In this document: positions 8,352 to 18,484 of the stretch, piece after piece | Numbering within the stretch: the stretch's first letter is position 1 | Layout of the letters: each line of letters opens with the position of its first letter | DNA from: Bradyrhizobium sp. | GTDB taxonomy: Bacteria > Pseudomonadota > Alphaproteobacteria > Rhizobiales > Beijerinckiaceae | Direction of reading: 5' to 3' | DNA length: 64,000 nt | Assembly (NCBI GenBank): GCA_004799435.1 | Contig: SSMV01000169.1 | Span: 980-64,979 of the forward strand | The notes under the pieces: generated by a model | Databases searched by the model: none | What the model was told of the DNA's origin: nothing | The model's input: only the letters and a program-made list of their open reading frames with translations | Made by a program: the position numbers and the translations under genes

Positions 8352-9323
8352 TTACAGCGACGTCCATTTCAGCGCATTGGCGATCTCGCCGACCACGCCG
8401 CGCCGGAACATCAGAACGCAGGCGACGAAAACCGCGCCCTGGATCGCCGTGACCCACTCGCCATATTCGGCGAGATAATTCTGCATCGCGACGACGATCA
8501 CGGCGCCGACCACCGGGCCGTAGAGCGTCCCCATGCCGCCGACCAGCGTCATCAGAACGACTTCGCCCGAAGTGCCGAAACCGACATCCGTCAGCGAAGC
8601 GTTTTGCAACACAATCGCCTTGGTCGCGCCGGCGAGCCCGGCCAGCGCCGCCGACAGCACGAAGGCGACGAGCTTATAGCGGGCGACGCGATAGCCAAGC
8701 GAGACCGCGCGCAGCTCGTTCTCGCGGATCGCCTTGAGCACCTCGCCGAAGGGCGAATTGACGGTGCGATAAATCGCCAGAAAGCCGAAGAGGAAGATCG
8801 CGGCGACGAAGACATAGAGCGTCGCGGTCTGGCTGAGGTCGATCAGCCCGAACAGCCGCCCCTGCGGCACGCCCTGGATGCCGTCCTCGCCATGGGTGAA
8901 GGGCGCCTCGAGGCAGAAGAAATAGATCATCTGCGACAGCGCGACCGTGATCATCGCGAAATAGATGCCCTGGCTGCGGATCGCCAAGACGCCCGCGACC
9001 AGACCAAGCACGCCGGCGCAGGCGACGCCGGCGAGAATCGCCAGCGCCGGATCGAAGCCCCAGACCTTGGCCGCATGGGCGCAGACATAGCTCGCCAGGC
9101 CGAGAAACATCGCATGTCCGAAGGACAGCAGCCCGACATAGCCGATCAGCAGATTGAAGGCGCAGGCGAACAGCGCGAAGCACAGCGCCTGCATGACGAA
9201 ATAGGGATAGGCGACGAAAGGCGCGACGATCAGCAGCGCCAGCAATGCGAGAAAGACGCCGGCGAACTGGCGCCCGTCGCGCGAATGGGCGACGGGCGAA
9301 GCGGCGATCGGATCGACGCTCAT
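8352..9323 (-). CDS. livM: Branched-chain amino acid ABC transporter permease (LivM-like)
   Basis: GYVGLLSFGHAMFLG, YFAMITVAL, AIRENELRAVSLGY and LVGGMGTLYGP. Confidence 0.9.
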   Translation of the reverse strand: MSVDPIAASPVAHSRDGRQFAGVFLALLALLIVAPFVAYPYFVMQALCFALFACAFNLLIGYVGLLSFGHAMFLGLASYVCAHAAKVWGFDPALAILAGVACAGVLGLVAGVLAIRSQGIYFAMITVALSQMIYFFCLEAPFTHGEDGIQGVPQGRLFGLIDLSQTATLYVFVAAIFLFGFLAIYRTVNSPFGEVLKAIRENELRAVSLGYRVARYKLVAFVLSAALAGLAGATKAIVLQNASLTDVGFGTSGEVVLMTLVGGMGTLYGPVVGAVIVVAMQNYLAEYGEWVTAIQGAVFVACVLMFRRGVVGEIANALKWTSL

Positions 9324-9324
9324 C

Positions 9325-10212
<888 letters not shown>

Positions 10213-10247
10213 CGGCTCACGCCCTCTCGACTGTCAGGAAGACTCGG

Positions 10248-10970
10248 TCACACGCCCAGTCGCACATGCAGCCGCTCCATATTGTTGGGATCGAGGTCGG
10301 CGTTGGCGTAGCTAAGCGCAATGCGCCCGTTCTCCATCACGTAGTAGCGGTCCGAGACCGTCGCGGCGAAACGGAAGTTCTGCTCGACCAGCAGAATGGT
10401 GAAGCCCTCCCGTTTCAACTCGGCGATGGTGCGGCCGATCTGGCGCACGATGACCGGCGCCAGACCTTCGGTCGGCTCGTCGAGAATGAGAAACCGCGCG
10501 CCGGTGCGCAGGATGCGCGCGATCGCCAGCATCTGTTGCTCGCCGCCCGACAATTTGCCGCCGCCGCTGGAGAGCCGCTCGGCGAGATTGGGGAAGAGAT
10601 CGAAAATGCGCTCCAGCGTCAGGCCGCCGGTCGCGACGCGCGGCGGCAGCATGAGATTCTCGCGTACGCTGAGGCTGGCGAAAATCGCCCGCTCCTCGGG
10701 GCAGAAGGCGATGCCAAGTCGGGCGATGCGGTCGGAGGTCAGGCCGATCGTCTCGCGCCCGGCGAAACTGACCGAGCCGCTGCGCTTGGAAAGAACGCCC
10801 ATGATCGCCTTGAGCGTCGTCGTCTTGCCGGCGCCGTTGCGGCCAAGCAGCGTCACGACCTCGCCCGGCCGCACCTCGAAGTCGACGCCTTGCAGAATAT
10901 GCGATTCGCCATACCAGGCCTGCAGCCCGGCGACGACGAGCGAAGGCGCGGCGCGCTCAGCCATAGCCAT
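10248..10970 (-). CDS. livF: Branched-chain amino acid ABC transporter ATP-binding protein (LivF-like)
   Basis: [32 protein letters not shown] and LLVEQN. Confidence 0.92.
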   Translation of the reverse strand: MAMAERAAPSLVVAGLQAWYGESHILQGVDFEVRPGEVVTLLGRNGAGKTTTLKAIMGVLSKRSGSVSFAGRETIGLTSDRIARLGIAFCPEERAIFASLSVRENLMLPPRVATGGLTLERIFDLFPNLAERLSSGGGKLSGGEQQMLAIARILRTGARFLILDEPTEGLAPVIVRQIGRTIAELKREGFTILLVEQNFRFAATVSDRYYVMENGRIALSYANADLDPNNMERLHVRLGV

Positions 10971-11718
10971 GCCCGTCACCCATATAGGCCTGCCTGACCT
11001 GCTGATCGGCGGCGATGGTGCGATAATCGCCCTCGGCGAGAATGCGGCCGCGCGTCATGACCGTGATGCGGTCGGAGAGTTCGGCGACCACCTGCAGATT
11101 GTGCTCGACCATGAGAATCGTGCGATTGGCCGAGACGCGCCGGACCAGCGCGGAAATGCGCTCGATGTCTTCGACGCCGAGACCGGCCATCGGCTCGTCA
11201 AGCAGCATCATCTCCGGATCGAGCGCCAGCGTGGTGGCGATTTCCAGCGCGCGCTTGCGGCCATAGGGAAGTTCGACCGCGAGTGTTTTTGCGTGGCCTT
11301 CGAGGCCGACCGATTCCAGCAGCGCGACGGCGGCCTCGTTGAACGGGTCGAGCGCCGTCTTGGCGCGCCAGAAATCGAAATTGTCGCCGCGCTGGCGCTG
11401 CAGCGCGACGCGTACATTTTCGAGCGCGGTCAGATGGGGAAAGATCGCCGAGATCTGAAAGGAGCGCGCCAGGCCGAGGCGGGCGACATCGGCCGGACGC
11501 ATGCGGGTGATGTCGCGGCCCTTGAACAGGATGCGGCCGGCGCTCGGTGTAAGGAATTTGGTCAGCATATTGAAGCAGGTCGTTTTGCCCGCTCCATTGG
11601 GGCCGATCAGCGCATGGATCGAGCCGCGCTTGACCTTCAGGCTGACGTCACTGACCGCCGCGAAGTCGCCGAAGGATTTGCCCAATCCTTCGGTGACAAG
11701 AATTTCGTTTTCGCTCAT
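10957..11718 (-). CDS. livG: Branched-chain amino acid ABC transporter ATP-binding protein (LivG-like)
   Basis: [29 protein letters not shown] and LLDEPMAG. Start placed at MSENEIL. Confidence 0.92.
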   Translation of the reverse strand: MSENEILVTEGLGKSFGDFAAVSDVSLKVKRGSIHALIGPNGAGKTTCFNMLTKFLTPSAGRILFKGRDITRMRPADVARLGLARSFQISAIFPHLTALENVRVALQRQRGDNFDFWRAKTALDPFNEAAVALLESVGLEGHAKTLAVELPYGRKRALEIATTLALDPEMMLLDEPMAGLGVEDIERISALVRRVSANRTILMVEHNLQVVAELSDRITVMTRGRILAEGDYRTIAADQQVRQAYMGDGHGYG

Positions 11719-11850
11719 GGCCGTCGTTCGCCCGCCGGTCCGCGTTCCGCCCCACGTCTCGTTTCCACCAGTCAAGACATGGCTTGGCGGGGGTTGTAAA
11801 GTCCGAAGGACGGCTAAGCGACGAAAGTCGAGGACGAAACGTTTTGGCGC

Positions 11851-12855
11851 TCACACCGCGTCCGGCGGTTCGCCGAGCCGATTATGCAGGCGGCGCTCCC
11901 AATCGAGCGCCTGACGGACGATTTCATCGAGATCGTCGCGCTTGGGCCGCCAGCCGAGCGTCTCGCGCACCTTCTCGGCCTTGGCGATGATCGCGGCCGG
12001 ATCGCCGGGGCGCCGCGGCGCATGATTGACCTTGAAGTCGACGCCGGAGACGCGCTTGACGACGTCGATCACTTCGTTGACCGTCGCGCCGTGGCCGTAG
12101 CCGCAATTGCAGGTCACGCTTTCGCGGCCCGCCCGGAGATAGGCGAGCGCCGCCAGATGGGCGTCGATCAGGTCGGTGATCTGGATATAGTCGCGTAAGC
12201 AGGTGCCGTCGCGGGTCGGGTAATCCTCGCCAAAAATGTCCATGCTGGGAAAGCGGCCGAGCGCGGTCTGGACGCCGCGCTTGATCAGATGCGTGGCTCT
12301 GGGCGTCGATTGGCCGAGCCGGCCTTTCGGATCGGCGCCGGCGACGTTGAAATAGCGTAGCGCAACATAGCGCAAGTCGTAGGCGCGGCTCGCGTCCTGC
12401 AGCATCCATTCGACCATCAGCTTCGAGCGGCCATAGGGCGAGATCGGATTGAGCGGCGTGTCTTCGGCGACCGGCTCGGCCGAGGTCTCGCCATAGACGG
12501 CGGCGGTCGAGGAGAAAATGAAATGCTTGACCCCGCCCTCCACCGCGCTGCGGATGAGGCTCAGCGCCTTGGCGGTGTTATTGTCATAATAGCCGAGCGG
12601 GTCGCTCAGCGAGTCGGGCACGACGATCTTGGCGGCGAAATGGGCGATGGCGTCGACGCCGCGTTCGCGAATCAGCCGGCCGACCAGGGCGGCGTCGCCG
12701 AAATCGCCGACCACCAGTTCGGCCGGCGGCTGAACCGCCCAGGCGAAGCCGGTCGAGAGATTGTCGAGGACCAGAACCTGTTCGCCGGCGTCGATGAGGC
12801 CCAGCGTCATGTGGCCGCCGATATAGCCGGCCCCGCCTGTCACCAAAACCGTCAT
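11851..12855 (-). CDS. galE: UDP-glucose 4-epimerase
   Basis: VLVTGGAGYIGGH, FSSTAAVYG, PYGRSKLMVE and LRYFNVAGAD. The real start is the ATG at 12855; the ORF track over-extends it. Confidence 0.96.
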   Translation of the reverse strand: MTVLVTGGAGYIGGHMTLGLIDAGEQVLVLDNLSTGFAWAVQPPAELVVGDFGDAALVGRLIRERGVDAIAHFAAKIVVPDSLSDPLGYYDNNTAKALSLIRSAVEGGVKHFIFSSTAAVYGETSAEPVAEDTPLNPISPYGRSKLMVEWMLQDASRAYDLRYVALRYFNVAGADPKGRLGQSTPRATHLIKRGVQTALGRFPSMDIFGEDYPTRDGTCLRDYIQITDLIDAHLAALAYLRAGRESVTCNCGYGHGATVNEVIDVVKRVSGVDFKVNHAPRRPGDPAAIIAKAEKVRETLGWRPKRDDLDEIVRQALDWERRLHNRLGEPPDAV

Positions 12856-13042
12856 TATCTTGCCCGCCGGCCTTGCGGACGACGCCCTCTTTTGACAAAT
12901 CCACTGCGATCGGCGAGCCAAGATCGCCCGGCGGAACCGATGAAGGCGCAATACACTTAGATAGGCGGATTGACTAGACTTTCGCGCGCAGCAGCGGGGC
13001 CGACGCGCGCGACCTCCCATCCATCGGAAAGGCGTTTCTTCG

Positions 13043-13924
13043 ATGCGCAAACCTATTCGCAAGGCGGTCTTGCCGGTCGCCGGCCTCGGCACGCGTTTTC
13101 TGCCGGCGACCAAGGCGGTGCCGAAGGAAATGCTGACGGTGGTCGATCGTCCGATTCTGCAGCACGTCGTCGACGAGGCGCGCGAAGCGGGAGTCGAAAA
13201 ATTCATCTTCGTCACCGGGCGCAACAAGGGCGTCATCGAAGACCATTTCGACATCGCCTATGAGCTCGACGACACGCTACGCCGGCGCGGCAAGCATGAG
13301 GCGATCGCCGCCCTGCAGGCCGACATGCTGCCCGAGGGGGCGGCGAGCTTCACCCGCCAGCAGGCGCCGCTCGGCCTCGGCCACGCGGTGTGGTGCGCGC
13401 GCGACCTCGTCGGCGACGAACCCTTTGCGTTGCTGCTGCCCGACATGATCACCGCCGCCGGCCCGCGCGGCGGCCGCTGCCTCGCCCAATGCGTCGACGC
13501 CTATCGCGAATTTGGCGGCAATGTCGTTTCGCTCGAGGCGATTCCAGAATCGGAGACGCGCTATTATGGCGTCGTCGCGGTGGGCGCCGAACATGGCCCT
13601 TCGATCGAGATCAAAGGCATGGTCGAAAAGCCGCCGCCGGGAACAGCCCCGTCCAATCTGATCATCTCGGGACGCTACATCCTGCAGCCGGAAATCTTCG
13701 GCATCCTCGAAAAAGTCGAGAAAGGCGCGGGCGGTGAAATCCAGCTCACCGACGGCATGAGCGAACTCATCAAGACGCAATCCTTCCAGGGCGTACGTTT
13801 CGACGGACGCACCTATGATTGCGGCTCGAAGCTGGGCTTCCTCGTCGCCAATGTCGCCTTCGGCCTGGAGCGCGAAGACCTGGCCCCGGCGCTCAGAGCC
13901 GAATTGAAGAAGATGGCGCTGTAA
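13043..13924 (+). CDS. galU: UTP--glucose-1-phosphate uridylyltransferase
   Basis: KAVLPVAGLGTRFLPATKAVPKEML, QAPLGLGHAVWCA and GEIQLTD. Confidence 0.97.
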   Translation: MRKPIRKAVLPVAGLGTRFLPATKAVPKEMLTVVDRPILQHVVDEAREAGVEKFIFVTGRNKGVIEDHFDIAYELDDTLRRRGKHEAIAALQADMLPEGAASFTRQQAPLGLGHAVWCARDLVGDEPFALLLPDMITAAGPRGGRCLAQCVDAYREFGGNVVSLEAIPESETRYYGVVAVGAEHGPSIEIKGMVEKPPPGTAPSNLIISGRYILQPEIFGILEKVEKGAGGEIQLTDGMSELIKTQSFQGVRFDGRTYDCGSKLGFLVANVAFGLEREDLAPALRAELKKMAL

Positions 13925-13927
13925 GCC

Positions 13928-15496
13928 TCAGCGCTGCAGCCGCAAGCCGAGCATGAAGACATCGGCGACGTAATTGGAGTTGGGGAGGCTGGATTCATAG
14001 GCCTGCCGGGTGGCGCTCGCCTTCAGCACCAGATCGCGCGAGATGTGATATTCGGCGCGTAGCGCAAGATTGGTATTTGAATCGCGCTGCGTGACGCCGA
14101 CATAATCGTCGCCCGTCCAGCTTGCAGTCGCGCCCAGCGTCACGGCGCGGGTCAGCTCATGCGCGATGTCGAGCGAGTAGGTGCGAGTGACGGCGCCCGA
14201 GGCTCCGGCGACAACCGCGTCGCCGAGCGTCGTCTGGGCCTTGGCGGTTATCGTCGTCAGCGGCGTCATCGACCAGATCAGCGAAGCGTCGAATACGGGC
14301 GCGCCGAAATTCGGCAGGCGCGGATCGGCATAGGCGCGCGCGCCATAACCGACGCTTGCTTCGCCGGTCAGCAGTTTGGTGAAAGCGAGCGTCGCGCCGA
14401 CCAGACCCTGCCAGCCGTCGGAATTGCGGTCATAGCCAGTGTAGTCGATCGAAGCGTCGTAGCGACGCGCATCGGCGTCGAGTTCGACGAAGGGCGAGAC
14501 GGCCTCGCTTAAGCGATAGGAGGCGCGGCCGCGCAGGCCCCAGTCGTTGAAATCGTCGCTGGCGAGATCGACGCCGGTGATGCTCTGATAGTCGGTGCGA
14601 TCCCAGGTTCCGTGCAGCGCCAGCGTCAAATCGCCGAATTTCTGTGCGCCGCCGATCGTCGCGCCATAAGTCGAGACCAGCGGATGCTCGGTTGGCCCCG
14701 CGCCACCGCCAAGACCGAGCGAGGCGAGCGTCTGCTCGGCGATGTTGAAGCGTCCCTCTGCGTCAAAGGACAGATCGCGGCTCGCGTCATAGCGCCCGTC
14801 GAGCACGCCATTGGCGGTCGGCGTATTGGCGTTGGGGTCGGCGAAATAATCGGTGTAGCTCCCCTTGAGCAGCCCGTGCAGGTCGCTGCGCGGCCAATCC
14901 GATTGCAGCGCGACGCCGGCTTCGGTCGTCTCGAAACCGGAGCCTGAATGCGGTCCGGGGATGGAATTGGGATTGGCGGCCCAGCCGCCGTCCTCTTCGA
15001 CATAGGGCGTCAGTTTGAGATCGCCGATCCGAACGCCAACTGGATCGAAGGGCTTGTCATCGGGTGTCGGCTTGCGTCTGGCCAGCGTCGGCAAAGCGGC
15101 GACGCTCGCCGCCGGCGGCGTAGCGTCATTGTCAGTCGGACCGCCGCGCAACCCGAGCCGCTGGGCGCCCACATAGGGCTTCAGGGCGGGCAGCGTCTTG
15201 TCGGGCGGCTTGCCGGCGGTCTTGGCCGGTTTCGGCTTCGGCTTGGCGTCAGGGAGAACCGGCGGCGAAACGACCGGCGCGAGCGCGTCGGGCGCGGCAT
15301 CGGCCGCGGACGGCGCAACATTCTGATTGGCGGGAGGCGAGTTCTGGGGAACATTCTGGGCGAGCGTCTCATCAGCGCCGCGCAGACCCGGCGCCTGCTG
15401 CGCGAGGACCGGCGCATTCGCCGCGCCGAGCGCCAGGGCCAGCGCGCCGAAGGCGACGCCTCGGGCGCGACGAAGCTCGAGGAGGCGCGACAGCAC
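13928..15496 (-). CDS. Outer-membrane beta-barrel protein of the polysaccharide-export-associated type (DUF2320/BBP2-like) with a Pro-rich N-terminal linker
   Basis: Signal-like N-terminus, DKPFDPVGVRIG, alternating amphipathic beta strands and a terminal beta-signal VFMLGLRLQR. Start is uncertain. Confidence 0.75.
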   Translation of the reverse strand: MLSRLLELRRARGVAFGALALALGAANAPVLAQQAPGLRGADETLAQNVPQNSPPANQNVAPSAADAAPDALAPVVSPPVLPDAKPKPKPAKTAGKPPDKTLPALKPYVGAQRLGLRGGPTDNDATPPAASVAALPTLARRKPTPDDKPFDPVGVRIGDLKLTPYVEEDGGWAANPNSIPGPHSGSGFETTEAGVALQSDWPRSDLHGLLKGSYTDYFADPNANTPTANGVLDGRYDASRDLSFDAEGRFNIAEQTLASLGLGGGAGPTEHPLVSTYGATIGGAQKFGDLTLALHGTWDRTDYQSITGVDLASDDFNDWGLRGRASYRLSEAVSPFVELDADARRYDASIDYTGYDRNSDGWQGLVGATLAFTKLLTGEASVGYGARAYADPRLPNFGAPVFDASLIWSMTPLTTITAKAQTTLGDAVVAGASGAVTRTYSLDIAHELTRAVTLGATASWTGDDYVGVTQRDSNTNLALRAEYHISRDLVLKASATRQAYESSLPNSNYVADVFMLGLRLQR

Positions 15497-15560
15497 GAAA
15501 CCACTCCTTTCGCCCGCGCGGCGGCCGCCGGCGAGCTTTGCGAGGGTTAGGCCGGTATGG

Positions 15561-15575
15561 TTAATGGCGACTTAA
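15561..15575. promoter_or_regulatory. CtrA-type binding site TTAA-N7-TTAA
   Basis: Exact TTAA-TGGCGAC-TTAA in the divergent intergenic region between the beta-barrel gene and kdsD. Confidence 0.65.
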
Positions 15576-15631
15576 ATCGCCGTGCTGCGGAGGGGTGCAT
15601 GGGCGCGGGCGACCGTGCTAAGAGCGCGCGC

Positions 15632-16621
15632 ATGAGCACACCCGCCGCTGACGCCGTCGATGTCGCCCTGCGCACGATCGCCTTTGAACGACAAGGCCTT
15701 GAGGCCATGGCCGAGGCGCTGCGGGCGCAAGGCGACAATGGGCTCGGAGGGGCATTTCGCCGCGCCGTCGGCCTGATTTCCGCCGCCACAGGACGGGTTA
15801 TCGTCACGGGATTAGGCAAATCCGGCCATGTCGCGCGCAAGATCGCGGCGACGCTCGCCTCGACCGGCCAGCCGGCGATGTTCGTCCACGCCGCAGAGGC
15901 GAGCCATGGCGATCTCGGCATGGTGCAGAATGGCGACGTGGTGATCGCCATCTCCTGGTCGGGCGAGACGGTCGAACTCGCGGCCGTCATCACTTACGCC
16001 AAGCGCTTCGCCATTCCGCTGATCGCGGTGACCGCCAATCCCGACAGCGCGCTCGGCCGCGAGGCCGATGTGCTGCTGTGCCTGCCCAACGCGCCAGAAG
16101 CCTGCCCCAATGGGCTGGCGCCGACCACTTCGACGACCATGCAGCTCGTGATTGGCGACGCGCTGGCGATCGCGCTGCTGGAGAGCCGGCAGTTCTCGGC
16201 CCGCGATTTCCAGATCCTGCATCCCGGCGGCAAGCTCGGCGCCAAACTCGCCTATGTGCGCGACGTCATGCATCGCGGCGAGCGCGTGCCGCGCATCCGC
16301 ATGGGCGCCAAAATGGCCGACGCCATCGTCGAAATGACCAGCAAGGGCTTTGGCTGCGTCGGCGTTTTCGACGAGCGCGACGGGCTGCTCGGCATCATCA
16401 CCGACGGCGATTTGCGCCGGCACCTCAAATCGCGCCTGACCATCGACACGCCGGTCGAAGAGGTGATGACCCGCGCGCCGCGCACCATCGCCCCCGACGC
16501 CCTGGTCGCCGAGGCTTTGGAACTGATCAGCCACAAGATTTCGGCGCTGCTGGTGGTGGAGGCCGGAGCGGTCGTCGGGATCATCCATTTCCACGATCTT
16601 TTGCGGATCGGCGCCGCCTGA
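15632..16621 (+). CDS. kdsD: Arabinose-5-phosphate isomerase, KpsF/GutQ family (SIS plus two CBS domains)
   Basis: VIVTGLGKSGHVARKIAATLASTG, EASHGDLG, GLAPTTST, HPGGKLG and GIITDGDLRR. Start could be 15598 or 15632. Confidence 0.93.
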   Translation: MSTPAADAVDVALRTIAFERQGLEAMAEALRAQGDNGLGGAFRRAVGLISAATGRVIVTGLGKSGHVARKIAATLASTGQPAMFVHAAEASHGDLGMVQNGDVVIAISWSGETVELAAVITYAKRFAIPLIAVTANPDSALGREADVLLCLPNAPEACPNGLAPTTSTTMQLVIGDALAIALLESRQFSARDFQILHPGGKLGAKLAYVRDVMHRGERVPRIRMGAKMADAIVEMTSKGFGCVGVFDERDGLLGIITDGDLRRHLKSRLTIDTPVEEVMTRAPRTIAPDALVAEALELISHKISALLVVEAGAVVGIIHFHDLLRIGAA

Positions 16622-16718
16622 TCGGCGGACGCGGAGCGTTCCGCCGCTCCTTGCCTTGGCCGCCCCGCTATGGCAAAAGCCGCCGTCCGCCGCGGCCTCT
16701 TATCCCGCGTGCGCCAGC

Positions 16719-16793
<75 letters not shown>

Positions 16794-16861
16794 TTCAAGC
16801 CCTTGATGCGGCTTAGCCTCATTCAAACTGGATGCTGAATTTTGGCAGGCGGCCCCTCGTC

Positions 16862-18469
16862 CTAGAGGGCCGCGGGCGGCAAGGGCGGCTTGCCAAGGAT
16901 CATGTCGGCCGCCTTTTCAGCGACCATGATCGTCGGCGCATTGGTATTGCAGGACGGGACGAAGGGCATCACCGAGGCGTCGACGACGCGGATGCCCATG
17001 AGCCCACGCAGCTTGAGATCCGGCGTTACGACAGCCTCCGCGCCCGAGCCCATGGCGCAGGTTCCCGCCGGATGATGGTCGGTCTTGCAGGAGCGATAGG
17101 CGTATTGCGCCAGGTCCTCGTCGGTGTTGAGACCGTCGCCCGGCAGGCGCTCCGCCAGAACATAGGGCTTCAGCGCCGGCTGGCGCAGAATGTCGCGCGC
17201 CAGCCTAAGGCCCTTGATGGCGCATTGGCGATCGTAAGGGTCAGCCCAGTAATTGGGATCGATGAGCGGCGCCGCTTTCGGATCGTCGCTGGCGATCCGC
17301 ACCGTGCCACGCGAGCGGGGGCGCAAGAAGGCCGAGTTCAAAGTCACGCCGGGATTTTTCATCGCCGCGACCCCCGCCTCGATGCCGGAGCCGAGACCGA
17401 GGTGGAATTGAATGTCGGGCGAGCGCGCTTCTCTGTCGGCGTACCAGAAGCCGCCCGTCTCGAAGAGCGTCGAGGTCACCGGTCCGCTCTTGAACAAGAG
17501 ATATTCAAGACCTGCCCAGGCGGTGCGATGCGGGCGCGCGACGCGGTCATAGGTGTGATCGCCGGTGCATTCCGAGATCGCATAGAGATCGAGATGATCC
17601 TGCATATTCGAGCCGACGCCGGGCAGGTCGTGAACGACCGCGACTCCCGCGGCTTTCAGATCGTCGGCCGGACCGATGCCGGAAAGCTGCAGCAGGCGCG
17701 GCGAACCGATAGCGCCGCAACTGATGATGATTTCCCGGTCGGCGTTGAGGGTCGCCGTCCCCGTCCCGGAGGCGATCGTCACGCCCACCGCGCGGCCGTT
17801 GCTGACCTCGATCTTCATCGTTTGCGTATTGAGGCGAACGCTAAGATTTTTGCGACCGAGGATCGGCTTCAAAAAGGCGCTTGACGCTGATGAACGCTCG
17901 GCATTGCGCGTCGAGAGCTGATAATGGCCGATGCCGTCCTGCACGGCGCCGTTGAAATCGTCGTTGAAGGGAATTCCATATTCCTGCGCGGCGCGTAGGA
18001 AGGCGTAGCTGATTGGCGGCGGACTGACCGGATAGGAAACGCCGAGCGGACCGCCATAGCTATGGTAGGCGTTGTGCAGCTTCTGATTGTCCTCGCTGCG
18101 CTTGAAATAGGGGAGGACCTCGCGATAGCTCCAGCCCTGAGCGCCGGCGTCGCTCGCCCAGGAATCATAGTCCTTGGCGTTGCCGCGCGTATAGAGCTGC
18201 GCGTTGATCGTCGAGCCGCCGCCGATGATCTTGGCCTGCGTGTACCAGATGACGCGGCCGTCAAGATGCTTTTGCGGAACGGTGCTCCATCCCCAGCTCG
18301 CGACGCCCTTGGTCATTTTCGCGAAGCCGGCCGGCATACGAAAAAGCGGGTTCCAGTCGCCACCGCCCGCCTCGAGAAGCAGCACCTCGATCGAGGGATC
18401 GGCGCTCAGGCGGTTCGCCAGCACGCAGCCGGCGGGACCGCCGCCAACGACGATGTAATCGTAGCCCAT
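16862..18469 (-). CDS. GMC flavoprotein oxidoreductase, L-sorbose 1-dehydrogenase-like
   Basis: GGGPAG, MPAGFAKMT, GGGSTINA, PGVGSNMQDH, HPAGTCAMG and CNTNAPTIMVAEKAAD. Strongly resembles the Gluconobacter L-sorbose dehydrogenase as I remember it (MPVGFAKMT, GGAFWY, PDLQFH). Confidence 0.85.
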   Translation of the reverse strand: MGYDYIVVGGGPAGCVLANRLSADPSIEVLLLEAGGGDWNPLFRMPAGFAKMTKGVASWGWSTVPQKHLDGRVIWYTQAKIIGGGSTINAQLYTRGNAKDYDSWASDAGAQGWSYREVLPYFKRSEDNQKLHNAYHSYGGPLGVSYPVSPPPISYAFLRAAQEYGIPFNDDFNGAVQDGIGHYQLSTRNAERSSASSAFLKPILGRKNLSVRLNTQTMKIEVSNGRAVGVTIASGTGTATLNADREIIISCGAIGSPRLLQLSGIGPADDLKAAGVAVVHDLPGVGSNMQDHLDLYAISECTGDHTYDRVARPHRTAWAGLEYLLFKSGPVTSTLFETGGFWYADREARSPDIQFHLGLGSGIEAGVAAMKNPGVTLNSAFLRPRSRGTVRIASDDPKAAPLIDPNYWADPYDRQCAIKGLRLARDILRQPALKPYVLAERLPGDGLNTDEDLAQYAYRSCKTDHHPAGTCAMGSGAEAVVTPDLKLRGLMGIRVVDASVMPFVPSCNTNAPTIMVAEKAADMILGKPPLPPAAL

Positions 18470-18484
18470 CAGCCTACCTTCAGA

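Noticed and set aside
12856-13254. N-terminal 130 aa of the 467-aa galE ORF
   Set aside because: It overlaps galU on the opposite strand; the GalE Rossmann motif begins right after the ATG at 12855.
16794-16861. Possible active integrative element at tRNA-Thr
   Set aside because: No integrase, excisionase or conjugation genes, and no duplicated tRNA 3' end found by eye; kept only as a low-interest accessory-block finding.
16862-18469. Annotation as choline dehydrogenase betA
   Set aside because: There is no betI/betB context, and the motifs and neighbours point to a sugar-alcohol-type GMC enzyme.
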